The notes below the pieces were generated by a model. It had not been told where the DNA came from. It saw only the letters and a list, made by a program, of their open reading frames with translations, and made no database searches. Of a stretch of DNA of 64,000 bases, positions 52,310 to 61,891 are shown in pieces (positions within the stretch are counted from its first letter, which is position 1; each line of letters opens with the position of its first letter). The translations under genes and the position numbers were made by a program. The stretch is from an uncultured Erysipelotrichaceae bacterium. GTDB lineage: Bacteria > Bacillota_I > Bacilli_A > Erysipelotrichales > Erysipelotrichaceae. Location: NCBI GenBank assembly GCA_947649125.1, contig CANSQL010000005.1, positions 8,401 to 72,400 on the forward strand, in the 5' to 3' direction.

Positions 52310-53746
52310 ATGAATTTTAAAGATTTGATACACGATGAAGCGCTGTTAAAGGCAATCACTAAATTAAATTGGCAGCAGCCGACATTGATTCAACAGAAGG
52401 TAATTCCTTTATTACGCAGTCATCAAAATATGATTATGCAGGCAGATACGGGAAGCGGAAAAACGGGCGCCTACGGACTCAGTGTGATCTCTGATATCCA
52501 ATGGGAGGATAAATATGCCCAGTGCTTGATTATTGCGCCGACAAGAGAGCTTGCCTTGCAAATCAAAACAGATACGGAGCATATCGGGAAATATAAGCGA
52601 ATCAAATGTGTTGCCTTGATCGGAAAGGAGCCGATGGAGCAGCAGCTTCATGATTTGAAGCAGAAGCATCATATCATCAGCGCTACACCGGGAAGGCTGT
52701 TAGACCATATCAAACAAGGAAATCTGTCATTGAGCTCAATTACACATGTCGTGATTGATGAAGTCGATGAGCTTTGTTCAATGGGCTTTTATGATGCTGT
52801 ATGTGAGATATTAGACTCTATAGAGCACCCTTGTCAATACTGTCTTTGTTCAGCGACGATCGATGCGCATGTAAAAGCACTTGCCGATCGCTATGCGAAA
52901 AGCTATGAAACAGTTTCCGTTCAGGAGGATAAGCTGAAAAACAGCTTTATCAATGAGCTGTATATCACAGAGAATGAAGAGCGTCTAAGCTTTCTGTGGA
53001 AGCTTTTACTTCATGAGGCAAGCAACAGTACCATCATATTTTGTAATACGAGAGAGGTAAGTGAAACACTGTATCATACCATCAAAAAAAGATTGAAGCA
53101 GGTGGTATTGTATCACGGAGCCCTCAACCAACAACAGCGAGAGAATGAACTGGCGAAGTTTTATCGCGGTGAGGCACAGATCATGGTTGCCACCGATATC
53201 GCTGCCCGCGGCTTGGATATTGAAAAGGTCGAAACGATCATCAATTATGAACTGCCGGAAAATGCTGTGCGCTTTTTACATCGTGCCGGTCGAAGCGGCA
53301 GAGGCAAGGAAAGCGGTCATGTGATAACCTTAGCCGCAGAGCGAGACAAGGAACAGCTGAAGCAGTTAGAAGCAATCGCAGAATGTCCCTTTACCTTATG
53401 TGATGCGAGCGTTATTCATGTCCAAGCTGACGATGAAGCGTCCCTTCAAAAGCTCTTGGCCCGACGACAACAAAAGCAGACAAAGGGCGCAGCATTTCAA
53501 AACGATATTTTACGGCTGTATATTCATGCCGGAAAAAATAAAAAGCTGCGAGCTAAGGATATCGTAGGAGCAATTTGTCAGCTTCCGAGCATTGAATTTG
53601 ATGATATCGGAGTGATTGAGATTCAAGAAAACGGCAGCTATGTGGAAATCTTAAATCGCAAGGGACATTATGTTTGTGAACAGCTTCAAAAGCGTCCGAT
53701 AAAAAATCGTATGCTTAAGGTAGAACTCAGCAATAAGCAATTCTAA
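52310..53746 (+). CDS. DEAD-box RNA helicase with a DbpA/YxiN-type C-terminal RNA-binding domain (motif II is DEVD)
   Basis: Motif I ADTGSGKTGAY, Ia PTRELA, II DEVD, III SAT and VI HRAGRSGRG. The C-terminal ~75 aa look DbpA-like (LYIHAGKNKKLRAKDIVGAI). Confidence 0.9.
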   Translation: MNFKDLIHDEALLKAITKLNWQQPTLIQQKVIPLLRSHQNMIMQADTGSGKTGAYGLSVISDIQWEDKYAQCLIIAPTRELALQIKTDTEHIGKYKRIKCVALIGKEPMEQQLHDLKQKHHIISATPGRLLDHIKQGNLSLSSITHVVIDEVDELCSMGFYDAVCEILDSIEHPCQYCLCSATIDAHVKALADRYAKSYETVSVQEDKLKNSFINELYITENEERLSFLWKLLLHEASNSTIIFCNTREVSETLYHTIKKRLKQVVLYHGALNQQQRENELAKFYRGEAQIMVATDIAARGLDIEKVETIINYELPENAVRFLHRAGRSGRGKESGHVITLAAERDKEQLKQLEAIAECPFTLCDASVIHVQADDEASLQKLLARRQQKQTKGAAFQNDILRLYIHAGKNKKLRAKDIVGAICQLPSIEFDDIGVIEIQENGSYVEILNRKGHYVCEQLQKRPIKNRMLKVELSNKQF

Positions 53747-53795
53747 AAGCATCTGTTTCAGTATACCTGTTACAGACAAATAAATCAGCCATAAC

Positions 53796-53836
53796 ACGTA
53801 AACGCTTTCAATTTATCTGAAAAGTTTACGTTTTTA
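53796..53836 (+). terminator. Rho-independent terminator
   Basis: ACGTAAAC-N20-GTTTACGT followed by T5. Confidence 0.7.
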
Positions 53837-54016
53837 TATTGCTTCTTTTTGGATAAAGCTGTAAAATGAAGCTATAAAGAAACGGCAACGCATAACTGTA
53901 TTATTCCAATCATATAATTTAGCGATACAATAACGATAAACGATCAAAGTATAAATAAACTGTTATTTATGATGCCTGAGATAAAGAGGACAAGAAAACA
54001 GAAGGAAGGGATTTCT

Positions 54017-54847
54017 ATGGCAATTTATGAGCTGCTGCATGAGATAAAGGATCAAAGAGAGCCTGACGGTATCTGTAGCTTTAACGGTTATTTAGAGGAT
54101 TATGTTACAACCATTGAGGAAACGATGCCGAAAGAAACAGCGTTTTTTCAAGCACTGTTGAAAAAGGATGAAGACTTGCGTATTTGTGCAGGACTTAAAT
54201 TAAATATCAATAAAAATGCGATTGCGAATCAAATTATTCGCTATAAGGATGCGTTTAAGCTGCCGAAGGGCACAATACTTTGTCCGTATATCATTTACGG
54301 AAGCTTTCAGCAGATGCAAAAAGCAATCATTCTTACATGGGGTGATAAGGAAGCCTATATTACAGCGAAGGCACTGTATTATGTAATCAGTGAACCGGAT
54401 AATGAATATGAAGGAACACGCAATGAGATCATCGCATGTAATGTTGCGGATAACTGCTTAGACATCACTAATCAGGCAATCGAGCGCTTCTTTTGGCAGA
54501 ATGAAAAGGCAGGAATCGTACAGCGAAGCCTTGACGCAAAGCTTTTTACGGACTATCAGGAAATGTATGAAACAGCGCTTGCATTAGGAGTAAAGCGTCA
54601 AAATGAGGTGAAGCAGCTGTTAGCGGAAAGTGAAAATTGTGAACAGACGGTAAATCAGTTGATTGCCACATGGTTTTTATTAAAGAAATTCGTATATGTT
54701 CAGTATATGATGGATAAAAAGCATTTTCATGAGCATGATGACAATGTGAAAAAACAAAGACAAAGCGCAAAGGAAAAATGTGATTCGATCGGCTTTCTGT
54801 CCTACAGTGAATTATGGCGGACAGTGAAAGAAATCAAACAAAAATAG
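54017..54847 (+). CDS. Hypothetical cytoplasmic protein
   Basis: ATG 54017 follows GAAGGAAGGG. No family recognised. Confidence 0.6.
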   Translation: MAIYELLHEIKDQREPDGICSFNGYLEDYVTTIEETMPKETAFFQALLKKDEDLRICAGLKLNINKNAIANQIIRYKDAFKLPKGTILCPYIIYGSFQQMQKAIILTWGDKEAYITAKALYYVISEPDNEYEGTRNEIIACNVADNCLDITNQAIERFFWQNEKAGIVQRSLDAKLFTDYQEMYETALALGVKRQNEVKQLLAESENCEQTVNQLIATWFLLKKFVYVQYMMDKKHFHEHDDNVKKQRQSAKEKCDSIGFLSYSELWRTVKEIKQK

Positions 54848-54933
54848 AAAAAATCAGGGATATCAAAAAAATATCCTTTTCTTTTACATAAAAAAAGATT
54901 ATAATGGTAAGAGAAATAAAGGAGGGATTGCAT

Positions 54934-55065
54934 ATGCGTACCGGAGCTTTTACGGGCGATTCAACAAATATCACGTTGTATTTTGCGATTGCGGCGCTGG
55001 CATTGATTTTCCTGTTGTTTATATTACTGCTGAAACGTCGTAAAGATAAGGACGAGGACCAATAA
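54934..55065 (+). CDS. 43-aa membrane mini-protein consisting only of a sorting-signal-like module (GAFTGDSTN + TM + KRRKDK)
   Basis: It is below the ORF-track size cutoff. ATG 54934 lies 8 nt after AAGGAGGG, and a TATAAT is at 54900-54905. Translation: MRTGAFTGDSTNITLYFAIAALALIFLLFILLLKRRKDKDEDQ. Confidence 0.45.
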   Translation: MRTGAFTGDSTNITLYFAIAALALIFLLFILLLKRRKDKDEDQ

Positions 55066-55080
55066 CGGTCTTTTTCTTTT

Positions 55081-55599
55081 ATGAGTGAGTTTGAAATGAA
55101 ATACTGCATGAAATGCGGCAATGAATTACGAATGCGCAGCTTGAAGCATGAGGGATCGATACCTTATTGTGCGGCATGCGGTGAATATCGTTTTCCCTAT
55201 GCGAATACAGCAGTGTCATTGATTTTATTATCGCCCAAGCAAGATCAGGTGCTGTTGATTCAGCAATATCAAAAAAAGGATTATATTCTTGTGGCCGGCT
55301 ATGTGAATCAAAAGGAATCACTTGAGGAAGCGCTTCAAAGAGAATGCCGTGAGGAAATCGGCAGAGAGTTGACTTCGATTCGTTTTTTGAAAAGTGCTTA
55401 TTATGAACCGAGCAATACCTTGATGTGCTGTTTTACGGCAGTTGCGGATTCTGTATCATTAGCGAATATCAGCGCTTGGGAAATCGATGCGGCGAAATGG
55501 TTTCCCTTTGCGCAGGCAATACAGATGATAAAGCCGAATTCTTTAGCGAAGCATTTTTTAATGAGCTATATAGAGAAATATAAAAAATTATCTTTTTAG
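55081..55599 (+). CDS. NUDIX hydrolase with an N-terminal zinc ribbon (NudC-like)
   Basis: CxxC...CxxC (CMKCG...CAACG) and Nudix box GYVNQKESLEEALQRECREEIG. The start may instead be ATG 55096. Confidence 0.75.
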   Translation: MSEFEMKYCMKCGNELRMRSLKHEGSIPYCAACGEYRFPYANTAVSLILLSPKQDQVLLIQQYQKKDYILVAGYVNQKESLEEALQRECREEIGRELTSIRFLKSAYYEPSNTLMCCFTAVADSVSLANISAWEIDAAKWFPFAQAIQMIKPNSLAKHFLMSYIEKYKKLSF

Positions 55600-55661
55600 A
55601 AGATTATCATTGCAGTATGTACAGTAGTAATCATATAGGAGTAAAACAGCAGCGAATTGTG

Positions 55662-56288
55662 TTATTCGCTGCTTTTCTCGCTTATTGGGACATCAACGAT
55701 GATTTCCTCAATCAGCTCTGTATGCAGCGTACCGCTGCTTAATTCATTGATTGCGTCATCGGGAATCGTTTGACAAAGAAACGTATAAATGACCTGTTCC
55801 TCATATTGTTTATCAAGTACCTGCATGCCTTCATTGCGAAAGAAATAATCAAGCTTTCCCAGCATATCATAAGGAAAGGCGATCCGACATTTATTCAGCC
55901 GCTGTTTTTCGGTCAGCACCGCATGATTGATCGCTTCCGCCACACTGAGCGAATAAGCGCGAATCAAACCGCCCGCACCAAGCTTGATGCCGCCGAAATA
56001 GCGAACGGTAACAGCGAGAATATCCTGAAGCTTACGCTGCCGTAAGCATTCCAGCATCGGAACACCCGCAGTACCGCTCGGCTCCTTATCATCATTACTG
56101 CGCTGTATTTCATCGTATTCACCGATCACAAAGGCATAACAATGATGATTGGCATTCGGATGAAGCTTTTTGATCGCTTGGATATAGGCCTTAGCTTCTT
56201 CTTCATCGCTTACCTGATGAAGATAAGTGATAAAACGGCTTTTTTTAATGATTATTTCTGTTTCTGTGTCAGCTTGTATATGATACAT
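55662..56288 (-). CDS. YigZ/IMPACT-family protein
   Basis: KKSRFI...HHCYAF...DDKEPSGTAG is the UPF0029 signature. Confidence 0.85.
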   Translation of the reverse strand: MYHIQADTETEIIIKKSRFITYLHQVSDEEEAKAYIQAIKKLHPNANHHCYAFVIGEYDEIQRSNDDKEPSGTAGVPMLECLRQRKLQDILAVTVRYFGGIKLGAGGLIRAYSLSVAEAINHAVLTEKQRLNKCRIAFPYDMLGKLDYFFRNEGMQVLDKQYEEQVIYTFLCQTIPDDAINELSSGTLHTELIEEIIVDVPISEKSSE

Positions 56289-56461
56289 GATATCACCTGA
56301 TACTATTATAACCGAAAACCTTTTTTTGTCTATCCTTCAATAAAATAATTCATTCGGTTCATAATAAGCTTAGCTGAATTGATATAGCTGTAAAAGCTTC
56401 ATAAACAGATGACTTTTTCTTATAACAGTGATATGATAAACAAGAAGGACTGTTAAATAGT

Positions 56462-56489
56462 TTGACTTTCAAATTATATCTGATATAAT
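56462..56489 (+). promoter_or_regulatory. SigA promoter (TTGACT-N16-TATAAT)
   Basis: Read directly, upstream of the degV pair. Confidence 0.6.
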
Positions 56490-56516
56490 GATACTGTTAA
56501 GTAACGGAGGTAGATT

Positions 56517-57377
56517 ATGGAAAAAACAGCAGTTTTAACAGATAGTGGTACCGGCTTAACCCAAAAGGAAGCACAAGAAGCAGGTTTATTCTTTTTACCG
56601 CTTCAGGTTTTACATGAGGATCGTCAGTATTTGGACGGTGTAAGCATACAGCTTCATGAGGTCTATGATTTATTGAAGCAACAGGCAAAGCTTACCACCT
56701 CAATGCCGCCGATCGGACTTGTCGAGGAAACCTTGACAAAGATCAAGGAAGCGGGATATGACAGTATTATATGTATACCGATTACATCCGGATTATCCTC
56801 AAGTATGGCTTTGATTCAAGCTACTGCGGAGGAAATCGGCATTAAGGTACATTTGATTGATTGTTACAGCACATGTTATTTACAGCGTTATTTAGCAATG
56901 TGTGCGAAACAGCTTGCGGATCAGGGAATCGCAGCTGAGGAAATCGTAAAGCGTTTGAATGATTCGATAGCTTCAAGCAATACATTGATTATTCCCGATG
57001 ATTTACAGCACTTAAAGCGCGGCGGTCGTTTGACACCGGTTGCGGCAGCCTTAGGCGGCTTATTAAAAATCAAGCCGTTGTTACAGCTGAATCAATCATG
57101 TGAGGGTAAAATCGATGTCTATGACAAGGTAAGAACGATGTCAAAGGCACAGGAAAAAGCAATCAATACCTTTGTGAATGAGCATGTAGACGGTGATTAT
57201 ATTTGTTCCTGTCTGCATACCGATGCGCTTGAGGCAGGAAATGCTTTAAAGGATAAGCTGCAGGCAGCATTACCGAATACAGAAATTTACTTCGGTTATA
57301 TCGGTGCAGTTATTTCCGTTCATACGGGAATCGGTTGCTTAGGAATTCAATATATGAAAAAGGTAGCAGGTTGTTAA
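56517..57377 (+). CDS. DegV-family fatty-acid-binding protein
   Basis: VLTDSGTGL start and the DLQHLKRGGRLTPVAAALGGLLKIKP motif. Confidence 0.9.
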   Translation: MEKTAVLTDSGTGLTQKEAQEAGLFFLPLQVLHEDRQYLDGVSIQLHEVYDLLKQQAKLTTSMPPIGLVEETLTKIKEAGYDSIICIPITSGLSSSMALIQATAEEIGIKVHLIDCYSTCYLQRYLAMCAKQLADQGIAAEEIVKRLNDSIASSNTLIIPDDLQHLKRGGRLTPVAAALGGLLKIKPLLQLNQSCEGKIDVYDKVRTMSKAQEKAINTFVNEHVDGDYICSCLHTDALEAGNALKDKLQAALPNTEIYFGYIGAVISVHTGIGCLGIQYMKKVAGC

Positions 57378-57395
57378 CACAATTAGGAGAACGAG

Positions 57396-58247
57396 ATGAA
57401 AATTGCATTTATTACAGACAGCGGAACAGGAATGAGCAGTGCACTGTGGAAACAGGAGGGCATTTATTCACTGCCGCTGCAAATCAATGACGGCGATGAA
57501 AATTTCTACGACTTAGAGGACATTACGATTGAACAGGTGTATGAGCGTTTACGAGCGGGACATATTCTGTCTACCTCACTTCCTTCCTTAGGCAAAATTG
57601 AGGCCTTGTTTCAAGAATTGAAGGAGGAAGGCTATGATACGATTTTTGCGGTCGCTATCAGTGAAGGGCTGTCAGGTACCTTAGGTGCATTGCGAATGTG
57701 TGCGACCTCACTCGACTTAAGCTTTGAATATGTCGATTGTTATGTAACGGCAGTCGTACAGGCTTATATGGTGCGCAAGGCAAAGGCGATGTATGAACAG
57801 GGCAAGCGTGTAAACGAAATTAAAGCAGTGCTGGAAAAAATCGTGCATTCTACAAATACATTGATTCTGCCTGATGATCTACAGCATTTAAAGCGTAGCG
57901 GTCGTTTGACACCGTTGGCGGCAGCGTTAGGCGGATTATTAAAAATCAAGCCGATGCTGCAGATCAATGAGCATACCGAAGGCAAGGTCGATGTATTGGA
58001 TAAGGTACGTACCATGTCTAAGGCAATGGATAAGGTGATCGATCATATGAAGGCAGACGGAGTTGACGACTCCTATGATATTACGGTCGCTCATGTCGAT
58101 GATTTGGAAAACGCATTGCTTCTGCAGGGCAAGCTGAAGGAAGCGTTTCCCGATGCCGATCATCATATGATATCGCTTGTAAGTGTTGTTGCGCTGCATA
58201 CAGGACAGGGAACACAGGCGGTACAGTATTTTAAATGCATTGATTAA
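57396..58247 (+). CDS. DegV-family fatty-acid-binding protein (tandem paralog)
   Basis: FITDSGTGM start and DLQHLKRSGRLTPLAAALGGLLKIKP. Confidence 0.9.
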   Translation: MKIAFITDSGTGMSSALWKQEGIYSLPLQINDGDENFYDLEDITIEQVYERLRAGHILSTSLPSLGKIEALFQELKEEGYDTIFAVAISEGLSGTLGALRMCATSLDLSFEYVDCYVTAVVQAYMVRKAKAMYEQGKRVNEIKAVLEKIVHSTNTLILPDDLQHLKRSGRLTPLAAALGGLLKIKPMLQINEHTEGKVDVLDKVRTMSKAMDKVIDHMKADGVDDSYDITVAHVDDLENALLLQGKLKEAFPDADHHMISLVSVVALHTGQGTQAVQYFKCID

Positions 58248-58249
58248 TT

Positions 58250-58271
58250 GCATCCGCAAGGGTGCTTTTTT
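58250..58271 (+). terminator. Rho-independent terminator
   Basis: GCATCC-gcaa-GGGTGC followed by T6. Confidence 0.75.
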
Positions 58272-58320
58272 ATTGCATCATGAAATCGAAAGTGTTAAGA
58301 TTAGCAAAAAGGAGCGTAAT

Positions 58321-59238
58321 ATGATTTATACAATTACATTAAATCCGGCAATTGATGTATACTTCACCGTAAGCAAGCCGCTTCAAAATATTGAAGTAAA
58401 TCGAGCCGATTCACAGAGCATCAAGGCAGCAGGAAAGGGCATTAACTGTTCTTTTATGTTAGATACATTAAAGGTTCCGTCAACTGCGATTGCATTGTTG
58501 GGCGGCTTCAGCGGTGCATATATAAAATCTGAGCTTGAAAAGGCTGAGCATATCAATGTCACAGAAATTACGATAAAAACAGAAAATCGAATCAATATGA
58601 AGCTTCTACAAAGGGATACCTCTCTTTGCGTCAATGCGGCAGGGAAACCCATCGATCAAGATGTGAAGAAGCAGCTGTTTGATTGTATCGAACAGCTTAC
58701 GGCAGATGATTATGTCATACTCAGCGGCAGCTTGATACCGGGCTTTTTGACAGCGGATTTTGTAGAGCTGTGTTTGCGAATCAAAGCCAAACAAGCGTAT
58801 CTTGCGGTGGATACAGAGATGCTGACACTTGCGCTGTTGAAAAAAATTCAGCCTGATATCATCAAACCGAATTTATATGAGTTATCCTTATTATTAAAGC
58901 GTGAGGTAAACGAAGAAACGCTGTTACAGGATATCAAGGAGCTTTCAAAGGCTTCACGTTCGCTGCTTGTATCCTTAGGTGCAGACGGAGCAATCTACAG
59001 TGATTCAAAGTGCATGCTTCGCTTATCTCAAAAGCCGATTCAAGCAGCCAATACCGTAGGCTGCGGAGATGCAATGCTTGCGGGCTTTATCGGTGAATAT
59101 CAAAAATCCCATTCTGCAGCGGCAGCATTATTCAACGGCGGTGTTTGTGCCTGTGCTCATGCCGCAAATCATGATGATACGCTTTTCCATATCTCAAGCT
59201 ATCGTGATTTCGTAACGGTTTCTGAAATCAAGCGTTAA
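58321..59238 (+). CDS. PfkB-family hexose-phosphate kinase (1-phosphofructokinase/tagatose-6-P kinase-like)
   Basis: MIYTITLNPAIDV N-terminus and a GCGDAMLAGF C-terminal motif. ATG 58321 follows AAAGGAG. The ORF-track start at 58183 overlaps degV and the terminator. Confidence 0.85.
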   Translation: MIYTITLNPAIDVYFTVSKPLQNIEVNRADSQSIKAAGKGINCSFMLDTLKVPSTAIALLGGFSGAYIKSELEKAEHINVTEITIKTENRINMKLLQRDTSLCVNAAGKPIDQDVKKQLFDCIEQLTADDYVILSGSLIPGFLTADFVELCLRIKAKQAYLAVDTEMLTLALLKKIQPDIIKPNLYELSLLLKREVNEETLLQDIKELSKASRSLLVSLGADGAIYSDSKCMLRLSQKPIQAANTVGCGDAMLAGFIGEYQKSHSAAAALFNGGVCACAHAANHDDTLFHISSYRDFVTVSEIKR

Positions 59239-59729
59239 TCAAGGGCAAGCTCTAAAATATAATCATCCATAATAAAGCCTTCTCCGATTTCCGCTTCCTG
59301 TGTATCAATAATTTGAAAACCCTTATGATGATACATCGCTAAGGAATTTTCGTTGTATTTATTACAGGTCAAATAAATCGCATGGCAGCGATGCTTCTTC
59401 GCATACTCGATGCAGCTTTTTAACAGCCAAGAGGAAATACCTTGTTTGCGATAAGCCTTTTTCACATACAGCTTGCTTAAAAACAATCGATCCTTCTGTA
59501 CTTGAATACCGCAATAAGCAATCGGCTTATCATTGTCACACACCATGTAATACGTATAGCTGTTCTCAAAGATGGCTTTTTTTAATGCCGGCGCACTTTG
59601 AAACTTTTCCACCATATAATCAATCTGCGTCTGAGAAATCAAAGAAGTAAAATATTCATTCCATATTTCCTTGGCACACGCAGCGAGTGCTTCAATTTGT
59701 TGTTCGTTGTAACATACTTGTAATTCCAT
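59235..59729 (-). CDS. GNAT-family N-acetyltransferase
   Basis: The acetyl-CoA motif region reads YVKKAYRKQGISSWLL. The start is probably ATG 59729. Its stop codon overlaps the pfkB-family stop (convergent genes). Confidence 0.8.
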   Translation of the reverse strand: MELQVCYNEQQIEALAACAKEIWNEYFTSLISQTQIDYMVEKFQSAPALKKAIFENSYTYYMVCDNDKPIAYCGIQVQKDRLFLSKLYVKKAYRKQGISSWLLKSCIEYAKKHRCHAIYLTCNKYNENSLAMYHHKGFQIIDTQEAEIGEGFIMDDYILELALD

Positions 59730-59831
59730 AAGATACCTCATTTCTGATGCTTATTATACAGGTTGCAGATGAAACATGCAAATAAGGAAGGATAAGAAAA
59801 TGCGAAGCTGATAAATAAGATACTGAAAAAC

Positions 59832-59857
59832 AAAAGATACCGTCCGAGGACAGTATC
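59832..59857 (-). terminator. Terminator of the ABC transporter operon
   Basis: The reverse strand reads GATACTGTCC-tc-GGACGGTATC followed by T4. Confidence 0.7.
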
Positions 59858-59863
59858 GCTTGC

Positions 59864-61891
59864 TTATCGTTTAGATAAAATGCTTTTATAACCAATATAA
59901 GTAATAAAGAAATAAGCACCGTAGATCAACAGAATAATACCGCCGGTAAATAAGGAAGCAATGAATAAGTCACTGCGTCCGAATGCGACAACGATAGAAT
60001 TTACTACCTGAATACCGACAATACTGTGAACGACAGCCAATAAAAGCGGCATAAAGAAATAGATGCTGAGCTGAAACAAAATCGATTGATTCACCATTCT
60101 TTTTTCGGCCCCCAGCTTATTCAATATCAAATAGCGCTGTTTATTATCGGATGCCTGTGATAACTGCTGAAGTGCCAATATAACGGCGCTGGCCATTAAG
60201 AAGATCAATCCCAAGTATATACCGATATATGTCATAATAACGGCGAGTCCCTTGCTGTTTTCTTTGACGTGTTCACTTGTTACAGAGCTGTAGGAAACAG
60301 GTTGATTATTTACCTCTTGTGCTTGATGATATTGATATGCATTGATTTTTGTACTCATATAATCATCAAAGCCCTGTATATCTACGGAATCTGCTAAGGT
60401 AACATTCCAATAAACACTGTATAAAGGGGTCCCCTTCGGTATTGCGTCATCATTTACAACAACAGCCAAAGCGGCAGTACCGGTATTGGAAGAGGTGCCT
60501 AAATTTATCAGTTCATAGTCGGTGTTGCTGATGCGAAGCGGTTTACCGTAGAGCGTCAGCTCTTTTTCCTTAGCTATGATTTCATCAATCAATTCCTTCA
60601 GCATTTCTATGCTTGTGAAAAAATAACATTCATCATTTTTTAAACGGATCGGTTCTAAATCATATTGCTTGCGCAGCTTATTAAATTCTGAAAGAGGAAT
60701 TACTTCAATGCTTTGTTCGTAAAAGGAGCTATCCGGTTCTCCTAAAAGTGCTTCTATTTGTTTTTGATAAGTCTTTGTGGTAATATCCGAACAATATTCA
60801 TGGACAAATGCTTCCTCCTTGATATCCTTCGGATTCAACTTGAGCTGTTCGCTCATATGCGTAAAATCCTCTGCATACATCGGATGTTCGGGATCAATAT
60901 AGGCTGAATACGTATAGTCGTATGGGGTCGCATATAACAGGGTATTGTTGATGGTTCGGTTTAAATTCGATCCGGTTGCCAAAGCACCGATAGAAAACAA
61001 CAGCATAATACAGACAATACTCATGGAAAGAAAATTACTGTTGATGGAAGCATTTACCTGACGAAGCACAAACATATTCAGTTTGCGATAATACAGTGAT
61101 TTACTGCTTTGGACAAAGCGTAAGAGAAAGCCTGCCAGTGACATAAAGAATAATACCGTACCGAGTATGCCGAGCGGCGCAATGATGTTAAGATGAACTA
61201 ATGCATTGATTCCCAGTGATAAGGCATAATGATACGTATATCCAAGTATCAATAAAGATACGATAAATAATAGGATCGATATATAAATATTCTTGATTTT
61301 CAAGGTTTCATTTTTTTGTCCGGCATGTATCAGATCAATCAGCTTATAGCGATTTAAAATCAATGTGTTGAAAATCATGATCACAAGGAAGATCAGTGCA
61401 AAGGCAATTATCGTCAAAAGCATTGCATCCAAGGAAAAGATAAAGGAATAATTCAGATTAGCTTCAAACAAATTGGCGGTAATTACGGTTAAAAGCTGTG
61501 ATAAAAAGAAGCCTGACAACAGACCGACAATCAGTGAAACAAGACCGACGATAAAGGTTTCATACACAAGAATTCGTGAAATATGATTCTTTGGCATACC
61601 GAGCAGTGTATATAAACCAAGCTCTTTTTTTCTGCGTTTGATTAAAAAGTTGTTGGCATAAATGACCAGAAAGCCTAATACGATCGCAACAAACACTGAA
61701 AGTATTTTCATGATCAGCATTACAGAGTCAATAATATCCGCTTGTCCCTGAGAGAGCTCCATGACTGCTTGTTGTGCCTGAAAGGAATTAAAGGAATAAA
61801 ACAGACAGATAGAGAAGGCAAGCGTTAAGAAATAGATCATATAGTCCTTAAAGCTTTTCTTCACATTCTGTATTGCGAGCTTAAAGTACAT
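59864..61891 (-). CDS. BceB-type ABC transporter permease (FtsX domains, ~10 TM, large extracellular loop)
   Basis: 675 aa, with the TM pattern and a ~220-aa hydrophilic insert. It overlaps the ATPase gene by 11 nt. Confidence 0.8.
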   Translation of the reverse strand: MYFKLAIQNVKKSFKDYMIYFLTLAFSICLFYSFNSFQAQQAVMELSQGQADIIDSVMLIMKILSVFVAIVLGFLVIYANNFLIKRRKKELGLYTLLGMPKNHISRILVYETFIVGLVSLIVGLLSGFFLSQLLTVITANLFEANLNYSFIFSLDAMLLTIIAFALIFLVIMIFNTLILNRYKLIDLIHAGQKNETLKIKNIYISILLFIVSLLILGYTYHYALSLGINALVHLNIIAPLGILGTVLFFMSLAGFLLRFVQSSKSLYYRKLNMFVLRQVNASINSNFLSMSIVCIMLLFSIGALATGSNLNRTINNTLLYATPYDYTYSAYIDPEHPMYAEDFTHMSEQLKLNPKDIKEEAFVHEYCSDITTKTYQKQIEALLGEPDSSFYEQSIEVIPLSEFNKLRKQYDLEPIRLKNDECYFFTSIEMLKELIDEIIAKEKELTLYGKPLRISNTDYELINLGTSSNTGTAALAVVVNDDAIPKGTPLYSVYWNVTLADSVDIQGFDDYMSTKINAYQYHQAQEVNNQPVSYSSVTSEHVKENSKGLAVIMTYIGIYLGLIFLMASAVILALQQLSQASDNKQRYLILNKLGAEKRMVNQSILFQLSIYFFMPLLLAVVHSIVGIQVVNSIVVAFGRSDLFIASLFTGGIILLIYGAYFFITYIGYKSILSKR

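Noticed and set aside
58183-58320. Longer pfkB-family ORF beginning at 58183
   Set aside because: The extension overlaps the end of the second degV gene and reads through its terminator hairpin (58250-58271). ATG 58321 has an AAAGGAG RBS and gives the canonical MIYTITLNPAID start.
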